A program made the translations under genes and the position numbers. This document shows, piece after piece, positions 1 to 13,060 of a stretch of 64,000 nucleotides of DNA. Numbering within the stretch: the first letter of the stretch is position 1; each line of letters begins with the position of its first letter. This stretch comes from Eledone cirrhosa (Eukaryota): contig OZ024740.1 of the NCBI GenBank assembly GCA_964016885.1, positions 99,634,001 through 99,698,000 on the forward strand. The letters run 5' to 3'. The notes below the pieces were generated by a model. The model was not told the DNA's origin, did no database searches, and saw only the letters and a list, made by a program, of their open reading frames with translations.

Positions 1-470
1 ATATTCGTCAATCTCAATATCTGGTCCCTCTGTTGGGTCTACTGGGGGTAATTTCTCATAATGACATTTCCAGGCCTCCTTCTTTTGATCATTCGTGACA
101 CTAAGTACACCGGCATCATTCCGGTCACACTTATCTCCAACAACATCCTGATTTTCACTGACACACTGCCTTGCAATGTGGAACACCGTACGTCTCTGAT
201 CTTCCCGTCGCAGAACATTGGCAAACCTCCTACTCTCAGCCTCCCTGCGTGCTATGTACACTTGACATCTAGCTTTTCTCTTAGCGGCTGTGTATCCGTC
301 TCTACTCCCACCCTTTTTCCAAGCTTTTCATGCCAGTCTTTTGTCTCTAATGGCCCTATCTATCGTGCTGTTCCACCACCAGATCACTTTCCGTCTGGTA
401 GAAGCTCTGCCCAACCACAAGTTTCTTTAGTAGCATGCAGTAAGTTGTCACTCAAGAAACTCCAGTTATC
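1..470 (-). mobile_element. RTE-clade LINE fragment (region between endonuclease and RT), diverged subfamily, degenerate
   Basis: Minus strand reads VFHIARQCVSENQDVVGDKCDRNDAG...QKKEAWKCHYE. This aligns with VFKIARQCVRDSCDVIGEKCIRNDKG...EKKDAWKSHYD in ORF 22537..25023. Confidence 0.85.
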
Positions 471-669
471 ATCTATATAGACATATATATATTTATATAC
501 ATATGTGTAATACACATAAAAACATACATTTACGTACAAAATATAAATATACACATGTAATGTCTCCCAAATAATAATAATTAAAAATGAGTTAAGGGGG
601 CATACATATATATTCGTATATAAAGGGTTAAGTGGTAGAGGTAAATTAACATAAAGAGAGGCACTATGT

Positions 670-1660
670 TTTTCTTATGGTTACTAAAAGCAATATCATC
701 AGCCAAATTAGGGGTAGTAGAGAGAGAAATCTTAACATTATTTTTGTTAAATAATTCATAGTACTTATGGTTAAGAGGGAACTTTTTGCGTAAGATGGAG
801 AAGAACATTTTAGTGAGATTAGAAGCTACATTATAGGAAAACGGAGGATAAAACCAAGATAGATTCCGAGATCTATTCTGGCATGGAGAATTAGCAGAAT
901 TAGAAGGGTTTATAGGCATGTTTAGAGTATGTTTTAAGTTATTATGCATAGTAGTGCATGAATTCTTAGTATTACGGGAAGGAGTTCGGTTAAGGTGTCT
1001 ATTAGAACTCATCCCGAACTCATTGCTAAGAGTAGGTAGCAAACCATTATAAGAAGACCGGTTCTTTCTATTAGTGTTTTAAATCTATTATTACTAGAGA
1101 GACAATTCTGTGCAATTACATTATAATTACTTAATTTATGGGTGGATAGAAAAGCAGGTAGGTAATAAATCTTATCCTTAAGCCTGATTTAGAAAGAGCC
1201 TCATTATAGTACCATTTCGTTAAATATATTCTATGTGAAATAGACATTACAATAGATTTAAGAATAGAGGAGGGTGAGTGGAAAGACTATTAATATAAGT
1301 TAGGACCTCACATGGTTTATGATAAGGATCGTAGATTCCTGTATCAAGGTCTAAAGTAGCATCAATGAAATTAACAACCTTATGGTTAGGTTCATTTGTG
1401 ATAGAAAGACCAAAGCTTTTAAAACATTTATGCAAATGCTTCTTGAGAATATCGATTCAATGTGCGTAAAAGTTATCTACAGTAAATAGAGCATCGTCTC
1501 GGTATAAGCCTCCTTGCAGGAGGGTATATCCTCCTTTAGTTTGTTTAGGAGGTAAATTTCCACAAGGTCAGTAACTTGTGCAGAGTCACTTGACCCCATA
1601 GTGATGTCAAAGTTACCTGGTCTATTAGCCCTAGTCCAATAACAACCATTGAACTCTTAG
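670..1660 (-). mobile_element. Penelope-like element RT/thumb remnant, frameshifted
   Basis: Minus-strand motifs FDITMGSSDSAQVTDLVEIYLLNKL, GGLYRDDAL, VNFIDATLDL...PYHKP...YINSLSTHPP and WFYPPFS...KFPLNHKYYELFNKNNVKIS are typical of PLE RTs. Confidence 0.8.
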
Positions 1661-1812
1661 ATAATACATTGTAAATTCTTAGCATTTATAATGTATTATC
1701 TTACTTGCATCTCTAATATGTGGACAAGTATTCTTCAAGTTTTAGATTTATTGTAGTCCCTATTTTCAGTGACATGCATTTTAGAATTTTTATGTTTATT
1801 TTTTTTCATTTC

Positions 1813-1946
1813 GGCTCCGATGAGGAGACTTTATCAAACTTTTACTTTTATTATCATTTACTATTATCGATTTTATAATCAATAATTCGATAATTATCAT
1901 CAGTATGTACAGAATACTGATATGGTTTCCGAAACAATTGTCAGCC
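1813..1946 (+). ncRNA. Type I hammerhead ribozyme motif with U4C core variant and enlarged stem II
   Basis: GGCT-CCGATGA-GGAGAC..~95 nt..GTTTCC-GAAA-CAATTG-TC-AGCC. Stem I GGCT/AGCC, stem II GGAGAC/GTTTCC, palindromic stem III, GUC cleavage triplet. Confidence 0.7.
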
Positions 1947-1979
1947 ATTAAATATATTTGTTTTCTCTAGCTTTTAATC

Positions 1980-2145
<166 letters not shown>

Positions 2146-2393
2146 ACATTCACCCCTAGATTCCTATGGCTCTCTTCTGGTCAGAAATATATACTCTTAC
2201 AGCTAGTACAGACCAACAAAATATGCACTCTCCACTTTTCCCTTCACAGCTCTGTATACGCACACGCACCCTTATATTAACATACTTTTGCTCATAGCTT
2301 CGTACTTAGAAGCACACGCACACTCTTTTACTTACATATACACACACATATCCTCTTAGCTTCGTACGGACGTATAATGACACACACACACAG

Positions 2394-2425
<32 letters not shown>

Positions 2426-2579
2426 ACAAGTGTAGCTCTTTATACAAAATGGTTTTTTTCCACTTCAATTAGACACGCTCCACCATCCACTTTCCTAAAA
2501 AAACATATCATACACGAAACGCCAGCATCAACAGTTTTCCAAGAGATGGCAACATGAATGGACCTGTTATTTTTATCTA

Positions 2580-2750
2580 AAGACATTTTTTCCCAATTCC
2601 ATCCTGACCATCCCTAATTTCTCATTCTTTCTTCTGATGAAGGACTAGCATCCTAAGTGTTAGGACAATCTTCCTGTTATTTCAAGCGCTAATCTTCTAT
2701 ATACTGTACCGATTGTGTTGTTACTTATGTTTACCATTTACATACATGTA
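2580..2750 (+). mobile_element. Penelope pLTR with eroded minimal hammerhead (2630-2665)
   Basis: TCTT-CTGATGA-AGGACTAGCATCC-TAAG(for GAAA)-TGTT-AGGA. The segment is homologous to 38695-38878, the 3' end of the PLE RT copy, including the shared TACTGTACCGATTGTGTTGTTA. Confidence 0.75.
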
Positions 2751-3250
2751 TAGGTGTTGAGTCCATGAGGGCAACAGGACGCAAGGCAGTAAATCAGACT
2801 CTATTCAATCCTGGTGTACAAGGCCTGTGATCATCCATGATGTAAAAGGATACGCAGCACTGAGTCATGTAGGGAAGAGGGACCTGGGGAACAGGAATGA
2901 CGGGCAGTGGGAGTATCCATACTGAGTCGTATGTCTCTCAAATGTTCAGCAAAACGGTCTGCCAATCGGTGTCCCATTTATCCAATGTTTAAGGATCCGT
3001 AAAGAATAGACAACATGGGTGGAGGTGCAAGTGAAGGAGTGGCAGATACGGAATGAACCACGAGGGCCTGTGAGAGTGGTGAGATTGGAAATGAAAGGAC
3101 AAGTGTTACAACAGGTACAAGAACAAGGATGAGAGCCGGGTGGAATAATAGGAGAGGACGAGAAGGAAATATGAGAGAGAGAGGGGGAGAGAAGGAGAGA
3201 AGAAATTCCAAACCTGGAAGCATTGCCTAGAAACAAAGGGTCTTAAATTC
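2751..3250 (-). mobile_element. Penelope-like element C-terminal GIY-YIG region, degenerate
   Basis: PGSHPCSCTCCNTCPFI (Zn-knuckle linker), FTCTSTHVVYSL, RFAEHLRDIR and LIYCLASCCPHGLN on the minus strand. Confidence 0.85.
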
Positions 3251-3259
3251 AACCTGACA

Positions 3260-4100
3260 AAGACTAAGATCCTAGTATGTAGAAGGGAAACAGAGCCCTG
3301 ATACCCTTCAGGAAAGGGCAGTGCTGTTCAGTGTGTAGGAAAGGTGTAGGTAGAAATTCCATGCTCTGTCCCAAATGCAAACTATGGGCACACAAGAGAT
3401 GTAGTGGGATTTCAAGTAGTTTAGCTAAAAATATAGATTTTACACGTAGTTGTTGCACAGGAGCAGTAAGTACCAAACAACCACAGGAAACAATGCTATC
3501 GAATTCTGAGAAGATTCAGTAGAAACAGTAGAGAGCTTCTGCTACCTGGGCAACCAAATTAGCAGCAGAGGTGGGTTTTCTGAAAGTAATGTAGCCGAGT
3601 GAGAATAGGATTGAAAAAGTACAGGGAGCTACTACCACAGCTAGCTATGAAAGGCTTTTACCTCAAAATAAAAGGCAAACTCAATGTTCCATGGTAGTGA
3701 GATGTGGGTGCTGTGTGCAGACGACTTGTGAAGATTGGAAAGAAATGAAGCTTGCATGCTCCAATGGATATGTAATAGTAGTATACACAAATAGCAAAGC
3801 ATAAATGTACTGAGAAAGAAACTAGGCATAAGAAGAATAAAATGCAGTGTGCAGGAGAGGATATTGCTTTGGTATGGACATGTGACTTGTATGAAGGATA
3901 ACAGCTGTATAAAAAAGTGCATACCACTCAAAGTTGATAGAAGCACTGGAGTGGGGGGACCCCAAAAGACTTGGGATGAACTGATAAAAGCTGACCTTGC
4001 TCAGTTGCACTTGTGAAAGATGATGACGCAGGACTGAGATATCTGGCATTGTGCAGCCATACAGATGACCTGCCATCCCATGGGTACAAACTGAAGCTAA
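3260..4100 (+). mobile_element. 5'-truncated RTE LINE copy (PHD finger to ORF end), degenerate
   Basis: CRKGVGRNSMLCPKCKLWAHKRCSGIS, SFCYLG and downstream similarity to 21904-22740, with stops and frameshifts. Confidence 0.9.
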
Positions 4101-4404
4101 AACATACATATAGTATGCACCACCCACAACCCACCCCACTCCAATATATACATATATATATATATATTATATAGAGAAAGAAATGAGATCTACAAGACTA
4201 GAATGAAGCAGTTCTAGTTGTGTAGAAGTTATTTCTATATACATAATAAAGTCGCTTATAATCTACCAATGTATTGAGTACCATTTTTAACTGTGATTAC
4301 CCTCTGAACTCAGGGGAAACTGCATATGGTGCCACAGTTGGGATTCTACATATCTCTCTCTCTCCATATATATATATATATATATATATACAAAGAGTGA
4401 TGTA

Positions 4405-4866
4405 TTGCACTTCTCTAAGACAATATCACTGAACCGAGATCTTTGGCGCCATGCAGTAATACTGAAGACCCGCCTTGCCTATGTACAAAGCGAAACCTAC
4501 AGTCAGTAGGCACCTCTTAACCAAATATACACTCCAACCCCTACTCCATCCTGCCACTCCCACCAACACCACCCCTTCTCTGTAAAGTTATGTTGGTACC
4601 ACAACATCCAGTCCAAACTAATGAGGTTGTGTAGGTCTCACGACAAAAACACACACTGTAATGTGGCCATGTAGGTAACACGGCAAAAAGCTCCCAGTCC
4701 ACACTGTAAATGTGGTTGGTGTTAGGAAGGGCATCCAGCCGTAGAAAACCTGCTATATGAGCGAGACACGGTCACCCGACTAATCTTGCCTCAAGTGGGA
4801 CAATTCCCATCTAACCAATGCTAGCGTAGAAGATAGACGTTAAACAATGAGGATGATGATGATGAT
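4405..4866 (+). mobile_element. RTE LINE 3' end with (GAT)n tail
   Basis: Near-identical to 34132-34605 and 45840-46280. Contains GTTAGGAAGGGCATCCAGCC and ends in GATGATGAT. Confidence 0.9.
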
Positions 4867-6524
4867 ATATACATATATTTGTATTATATGTATACACACA
4901 TACACACACTTACATAAATATCCATATTTATCTTGGTATCTCTTGCTTCACTCTATCATCATTGCGTTGCTCTTTTCCAGTAATGTGCTAATTCTTTAAA
5001 AGTTTTTTTCCAAAAGGTTACACTTTAGCAATTCCATTGAAAGATTTTTGAGATAACTGAATGCAGCATCTATTTAAACTGGTCTTCACCAGCAATGTCA
5101 AATGGAAAAGCCTAATCAATATCTATAAAAGTAGTAAATGATAACTTGAGACATTTGAAAGACAGAAAACACCCACACACACACATATATATATATACAT
5201 ACAGACATATACATATACGTACATACCTGAAATGATGAAATGATGTATGTATATATATACACATGCACATTTACATACATATATACACAATACGCTCTAC
5301 ATTAAAAATATCTCTGAAACGAAACATTAGAAAACCATGGAACAAAATGCCTGAAACATTTTCCATCAAAGAAGATTCCTCTAGCATATGTCTTCCTCCA
5401 AAGGAATCAGATAAATGAACAAAGCAAACCTAATTTATTTTCAGACATTTTTTTATTATTTTTTTTTATTTTTTATTTTTCAATATTAGTTGGAAGAATT
5501 ATTATAATTTTGAACACGTTATTAGGTATATTGTATTAGAATTATAACATTTTAACATTACAACATACAGAATAATAAAATCTGAAGAAATTCTAGACTG
5601 AAATTTAGTTGTTCTGAATTCAGTGCTGTGTGAGTGTGTGAGTGTATATTTGTATGTATATAAATATATATAAGTATGTGAAAAGTGGATGATAAATGAT
5701 GATGATGAAGATATATATATATATATATGTTTGTGTGCGTGTGCGCGCGTGTATGTAGCTATCTATCTATATATATATAACATCATCACTGTTTAACATC
5801 CATTTTCCATATAAAATTTAATATTGGTGCTCCAACATAATGTTATACACATATATGTACATGTTGTATACAGGATGTGTATGAAAACATTTGACAGTCT
5901 TCCGCTATAAATTTCTAAGTTGGTGACCAGTTTCACACATCATTAGTATCAGCAATAACAAGGGGAAGCTACTGACAACATTCTTTCTTGCTTGTTGACA
6001 GTTGTCAAGGCTACACTATTCACCTTGTTTCTGCTGAGACATATATATATTTATTATATATGCTATCATCATCCTCATCATCATTTTACATCTGCTTTTC
6101 CTTGGTTGCAAGGATGGGACAGGTCCTATTAAGCACAGCATCTTTCCACTTGTCCCGATCCTTCGTCATCTCCTCCGTGAGCTTGGTATATATATATATA
6201 TAATATATATGTTAAACAATATTTTATAATAAATGCTCGGATTTATTCCTTGGAATTTTTCTTTGAGCTTCTCCTAGAGGTGATAGGGTGCATGTTTGAG
6301 ATTTTCTCAAAGATGACATCTATACCTTGTAATGTAATATATATATATATTAGTTAGTTCCACAACAGTTAGTACACCATTTTCGAGGTCACGTGGATCA
6401 CCTTGCAGATTTTCAACTCGAGCAATGGCTCATAGCTGTAAAATGGAGATCTATATGTGGAGAACAAGGGGGACAACTCAAGTTAGACTGATAAAAGGAT
6501 ACAACATCCCAGTGTTTTACCACA

Positions 6525-6594
<70 letters not shown>

Positions 6595-7190
6595 CATCAT
6601 CTTCATTGTCTAAGGTCCACCTTCCATGCTAGAATGGGTAGGATGGGTTGACCATGGAAAAGAAAATCAGATCAGAGATCCAAGTTTAACTCACCCAGGG
6701 CAGAGTTTGGCCTCGTTTCTACAGCTGGATGTCCTTCCTAATGCCAACCACATTTACAGTGTATATATAGAGAATGACAGTTTAACATCCGTTTTTTCAT
6801 GGTAGCTTGGGCTAGAAGAGTTATCCTGTTGTGAGACAATTCAGATCCGATGACCATATCTTGTTCATACAGAAATGTTTCTGGCTGGTTTCTACAGTTG
6901 GATGACCTTCCTAATGCCAACCACATTTACAATGTGGTCTGAGTACTTTTTATTGGTGGCACCCAAACAACCACTTTACAGTGTGTACTGGTTGCTTTTT
7001 GTTGTGACACAAATATGTCCTCTTTACAGTGTGGACTGGATGCTTTTTGTTATGGATCCAAAATGACCACTTTATAGTGTGGACTGGCCACTTTCTGTCA
7101 TGGCACCAACATGAGCACCTTACATGCTTGACTAGAGGATTTTGTTGCGTCACCAGCATGATCACTTTACATGGTGGACTGAAAGCCATT
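6595..7190 (-). mobile_element. Two adjacent RTE 3' tail copies, the second with an expanded ~45-bp internal repeat
   Basis: Two occurrences of TTTCTACAG.TGGATG.CCTTCCTAATGCCAACC and about 5-6 CCACTTTACAGTGTG-like units. Confidence 0.8.
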
Positions 7191-7437
7191 TAAAGCAGGA
7201 ATGTGGGAGAGCATGTTTATCTTTCCATTCTTGAATACATGTGTTGGGGAAGGTGATGGGGGTGTGTGTATGTAGAGTGGACATTGGATAGGTAGGTTTA
7301 AGGTGGGTAATTAGCTGCTTGAGGCTGGAGTAATAAGACAGGGAAGGTGTATGGGTGGGGGAGGGGTACAGTGGTGTTTGTTAGAGACCACTATTAAGTT
7401 GCTTCATCCTGTGCACGTGTATATATACATATATATA

Positions 7438-7950
7438 CTAGCCGAATTACCTGTGCCTTGCTGTATTTCATACATTTTTCTTTTGTAAGAAAATGATGAT
7501 TGATTTTAAATCAGTGATATAATTTATGGAGAAAGACTGCATTTCAATATTACTCAATGTAAAATGTAATGCATGAAAAATTTGAAAATATTATTTTTTG
7601 TAATATATCAAATCAAAATTACATTATTAAATCTTATTCTTATTTTGTTTCTTGTAAATATTTTTTTTTAATATCAATTCAAAGCGTTTGTGAATAGGCA
7701 TCATATCTTGTGATTTACCTATGGTTTAAATTTCATATAAATCGAAGGGAAAACATTTTCATCAGGGATTTGTGCCTCCAGGGAACCCTAATAAGGGGTT
7801 TAACCCCCATTAGGGTGTCTTAATATTATTGAAATTTGCTGAACTTTTGTGAATAGGCATCATATCTTCTGATTTACATATGGTTTAAATTTCAAATAAA
7901 TCGAAGGGAAAAAATGTTCATCTGGGGTTTGTGCCTCCAAGGAACCCTAA
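7438..7950 (-). mobile_element. Non-autonomous Helitron-like element fragment (3' CTAG terminus)
   Basis: Minus strand ends ...GCACAGGTAATTCGGCTAG|T within a TA tract. Internal ~160-bp-spaced duplication (7688-7790 vs 7848-7950). Confidence 0.5.
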
Positions 7951-8171
7951 TATATATATATATTATTTCTGAAGGAACCCTAATATATATATATATTATT
8001 TCTGAAGGAACCCTAATATATATATATATTATTTCTGAAGGAACCCTAATATATATGTATATTATTTCTGAAGGAACCCTAATATATATATATATTATTT
8101 CTGAAGGAACCCTAATATATATATATATTATTTCTGAAGGAACCCTAATATATATATATATTATTTCTGAA
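7941..8171 (+). repeat. 33-bp minisatellite, 7 near-perfect copies
   Basis: GGAACCCTAATATATATATATATTATTTCTGAA starts at 7941, 7974, 8007, 8040, 8073, 8106 and 8139. Confidence 0.97.
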
Positions 8172-8308
8172 GACGGCATATATATGTGTTTGGCATGTAT
8201 ATTTAATTTTGATAGTTTGTATAATTTTGTATAATTTTGTACATAGATCTGTTGAATATGCATGCCAATTCTAACACATATATATCCTAGAAACGATCGT
8301 TAAATAAT
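8160..8308 (+). ncRNA. Type I hammerhead ribozyme motif with ~115-nt stem II
   Basis: ATTATTT-CTGAAGA-[CGGC ATATATATGTGTT TGGCATG...CATGCCA..AACACATATATAT CCTA]-GAAA-CGATCG-TT-AAATAAT. 7-bp stem I, canonical core, palindromic stem III. The base of stem II is mismatched. Confidence 0.7.
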
Positions 8309-8505
8309 GAACTTTTTTTGTTTAATATAAGGAACTGTTTCATTGTTTTATTCATTATTTTTTTAATATTTTATCTTGACTCTGTATTCCGTTTATCTTT
8401 CACCGAAAGTGATTTTTCATTGCATCTCTTCTTTCCATGATATCCGGATTACATTGAGTTCTTCATACGGATTGGACACTACCGTAAACTCTTGGTAGAT
8501 TTATC

Positions 8506-8588
<83 letters not shown>

Positions 8589-9439
8589 TATTTATTAAAA
8601 TAACAGATTAAAGTTTAAGCAAAGAATCGCTGCCTTCACCCTTAGCGGGATCTTCTGAAACTAAAATATTCAATCTGTGAACGCAGAAGTAAATATTTCG
8701 AAAAACGTGGCAACCGAAGGAAAACAGGAAGATGACACTTTGGTTCGTGAAGACGTTCCCTGGCAATGAATGGAAAAAAGCGAAGATAATACGTCGTTAC
8801 GTGGAGCGGAGAAAACAATTACACGCAAAGACAAAACTACGTTTATGGTGTGAATGAAGTTGTAGACTAATATTCTATTTAGGAAACCGAATGATTCTCG
8901 GCTTCAGAGTTAAGAATAATTGTTTCTACTTTTTGAACAAGGCCAGCAATTACCCAGTGTATTACTGGTAGTTTATTTTAAGAGTTAAGAATAATGTAAA
9001 TAAATTAGTAGAGCAAAAATGACAGAGGTTATTAAAATCAATAATAATTAAATATATACACATACACGCATCCATATACGTACATACACGTGCATACGCG
9101 AAAACACCCGTCATGCGACGCATATACATGCACGTACACATAAATACGCGCACACATACATAATACCGCGCGACACATGTACCCGCACACAATTGAACGT
9201 ATACACCAAATACACATAATATATATATATATGAGTGTGTGTGCATATACATATAATTATATAAACGTATATAAATATACACACATAAATACGTATATAG
9301 CGCTAAACTTTAATCTGTTACTTTAATAAATATTTGCTCTACGGTTCTTATATATTTGATATATATTTATACTTATCGATCCCTCTTTGGATTTTAGTCT
9401 TAATATTTATTATTATTACTATATATATATATATATATA

Positions 9440-10530
<1,091 letters not shown>

Positions 10531-10569
10531 TTGCGTTTATATATATATATGTCTATGTCTATATATATG

Positions 10570-11240
10570 TATGAATGTATGTTTAGTATATCTGGCAATA
10601 TAACGTATATTTAATTTAAAACGTTTAGAATACCATTCACTATCAGTTTTAAATTAGTGACTATGTCACTTACTTATTTTCGGCAAAGGTAGGGAGAGAG
10701 GCTTACAGTCTGTTTCTCACTGTTTGGCGTTTATCAAAACCACGCACTCCCCTGCCGTTGCCAAAAATTATGCAAGCTGGATTCATATAGAATTCCAGTA
10801 ATAATCAGGAGTTGATTACACAGAGCAAATGGTCTTCTAAATATTTTTAATTAAACATACTGTATTTTGCCTAATATACTATACATACATACATTCATGT
10901 ATACATCGTTATTTCAGAGCACCAATACTAATACCTAATTTTTGCTGGACCGGCAATCGCTCTGTGTAATCAGCTCCTGATTATTACTGGAATTCTATAA
11001 GAATCCAAATTCTACAATTTTTGGCAACGGCAGAGGAGTGCCTGGTTCTGATAAACGCCAAACAGCGGGAAATAGACTGTCAGCCCCACTCCCTTCCTTT
11101 GCTGAAAAAAAGTAAGTGACATAGTCACTACTTTAAAACTGATAGCGAATGGTCTTCTAAATGTTTTAATTAAACATATGGTATATTGCCAGATATACTA
11201 TGCACACTCATGTATACATCGCTATTTCAGAGCACCACTA

Positions 11241-11246
<6 letters not shown>
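10570..11246. mobile_element. Fold-back non-coding pLTR/retrozyme-like element with two eroded hammerheads
   Basis: 10570-10826 is an inverted copy of 10958-11215, and 10826-10933 is a direct copy of 11146-11245. Hammerhead-like GGTT-CTGATAA-ACGC..GCGG-GAAA-TAGACTG-TC-AGCC at 11044-11085 (+), with its counterpart at 10700-10741 (-). Confidence 0.75.
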
Positions 11247-11304
<58 letters not shown>

Positions 11305-11311
<7 letters not shown>

Positions 11312-12069
11312 TTAATGTAGATAGAAGATGACGTAATGAGGACTGGCCTAAGAAAGTTGAACTTCCCACCAGAGATGACAAAGGACCTTGAGCAGCATTG
11401 GTGACATGCTTCTAGTTATGAAGACCTGCTTACCAGCATAAAATATGACCTGACACATTCGTATGACCCCTCTTACTATCTATCCTTAGTAGCTATTTTC
11501 TCCATCACTGGACTTACCCACTCCAACACCATCCATGCTGAGTGGGGATGTTCTTCAGTTGAGCCAATGACCAAAATCTACCTAGTGCTAGTGCCACAAG
11601 AAATGCACCTAGAAAGTGGTTGACAATACAAAGAGCATCCCATGGCAGAAATCATGCCAAATAATTTGAAGGGATCACCAGTTGTGTCAAGAGAAGGAAA
11701 AATTGTTTAGTCTTTGGTGATCTATATAATAGACATACTTGGTACACCCTGTAAAATGGTGGGGAATAAGAAAGGCAACCAGCTGTACAAATCCTGCCAA
11801 ACAAAGGTTCAAGAAGACTGCTGAGTCAAAAATATGACCAGGAATGGTGCCACAATAAAATGCCTTTGGTAGATCCTGAAAACATTTTGTAAGCTGAATG
11901 TTGGCTCGGGCTTGCCTCCACCGATGGTAGGCTGCAAGATCTTGAGATGTAGATCACTGGCCTTTCTGAGAGGTCAGTAGATTTGCTTGGGTACTGACAC
12001 AGTTTGCGACGATGTATCAAACCCTAGCTTGCCTCTGCAATGGACATTAAGTGATGAAGATGATGATGA

Positions 12070-12070
<1 letters not shown>
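11305..12070 (+). mobile_element. Old RTE LINE 3' end
   Basis: GRRRRNE...LTxEMTKDLE-like ORF end, degenerate GTGGTTG..AAAGGCA.CCAGCTGTA motifs and a GATGATGAT tail. Similar to 28300-28980. Confidence 0.6.
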
Positions 12071-12100
<30 letters not shown>

Positions 12101-12139
12101 ATATATATATATATAGCAGAAAAAAAGGAAAATCTGCTT

Positions 12140-12375
12140 CATAGAATCAAGACGTATCTAAGGACCTTGCGATTTTCAGAGTCAAATTCGATCATCAAAT
12201 CGATTGTGCCTTGTGCTGGTCGCCCAAGAAACGATTGTAATATGTCCAATAAATTCCATTCGTTGCAACACTGATTCTCTTTTTTGTCTGTGATATCATA
12301 CTCTGCTCTATGAGAGCATCAAGTGCTCACACGGCCTACCACATACTGGCGCTTTAAGCATCCAACACCAATTAT
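12140..12375 (+). mobile_element. pLTR-like non-coding element with eroded long-stem-II hammerhead (12153-12244)
   Basis: CGTAT-CTAAGGA..63 nt..GAAA-CGATTG-TA-ATATG then AATAAA. The downstream part (ATCATACTCTGCTCT..GAGCAT..AGTGCTCA) is homologous to the reverse complement of 38910-39060. Confidence 0.6.
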
Positions 12376-12714
12376 ATATATATATATATATGTTTATACA
12401 TATATATACGTGTGTGTGTCTGTGTGAATGATTGTGTTTGCATGTATGTGAAACTTTCATGAAACATTCGATAGCTGAAAAACTAATCCAACTAAAAGTA
12501 AAAGTAAAACCTAAATTGAAAGGAGAATTAACACACCATATGTGATCTACTTTCTATTATTTTTACTTCGATGAACCTAATGTTAAGAGAAAAGTGAAGT
12601 GTATCAAATGAAATGTAATAAGGACAGAAAAAAACTTTAGATTGTTTTTCATTTTTGTAAAGTGTCTCAATGTATTTTTTTTTTAATTCTTGGAAAAATG
12701 TTTATGTAATTTGT

Positions 12715-13060
12715 TAAATGTTGAGACATGTGTGCTGAACAGTGAGTAGCAGACAAGACTGGAAAGAATAGAAATGAGAATGGTTTGGTGCATGAGCAAA
12801 TAGTATTGCTGGGAGAGAGGAAGACAAATAATGAATTGCAGAGTTTAATGGGAATAGAGCTTGTGCTGAATTTTCTGAAGAGAAATGTAATGAGATCACT
12901 GGGAGATGTGTTGATAAGGAATGAAAGTGATTGGCTGAATTGGGTGATGGAAATTAATATGAAATGAAATAGAGGAAGGGAATGTCCAGGAAAGACATAA
13001 CTAAAAATAATGGAGGAGGAAATATAAGACTAAGAATTGGTGATGACATACAGAGTATAG
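12715..13060 (+). mobile_element. Ancient RTE-type LINE C-terminal remnant
   Basis: RLERIEMRMVW, ELQSLMGIELV...KRNVMRSLGDVL and RGRECPGKT echo the RTE C-terminus. Confidence 0.55.

Noticed and set aside
5040-5430. Possible minus-strand host exons (VCFVHLSDSFGGRHMLEESSLMENVS; AFPFDIAGEDQFK)
   Set aside because: Weak splice signals and no recognisable homology. RNA-seq would be needed.
7892-8263. ORFs with repeated IIYIYIRVPSE, and a CRISPR-like appearance
   Set aside because: This is translation of a 33-bp head-to-tail minisatellite. There are no unique spacers or cas genes, and the context is eukaryotic.
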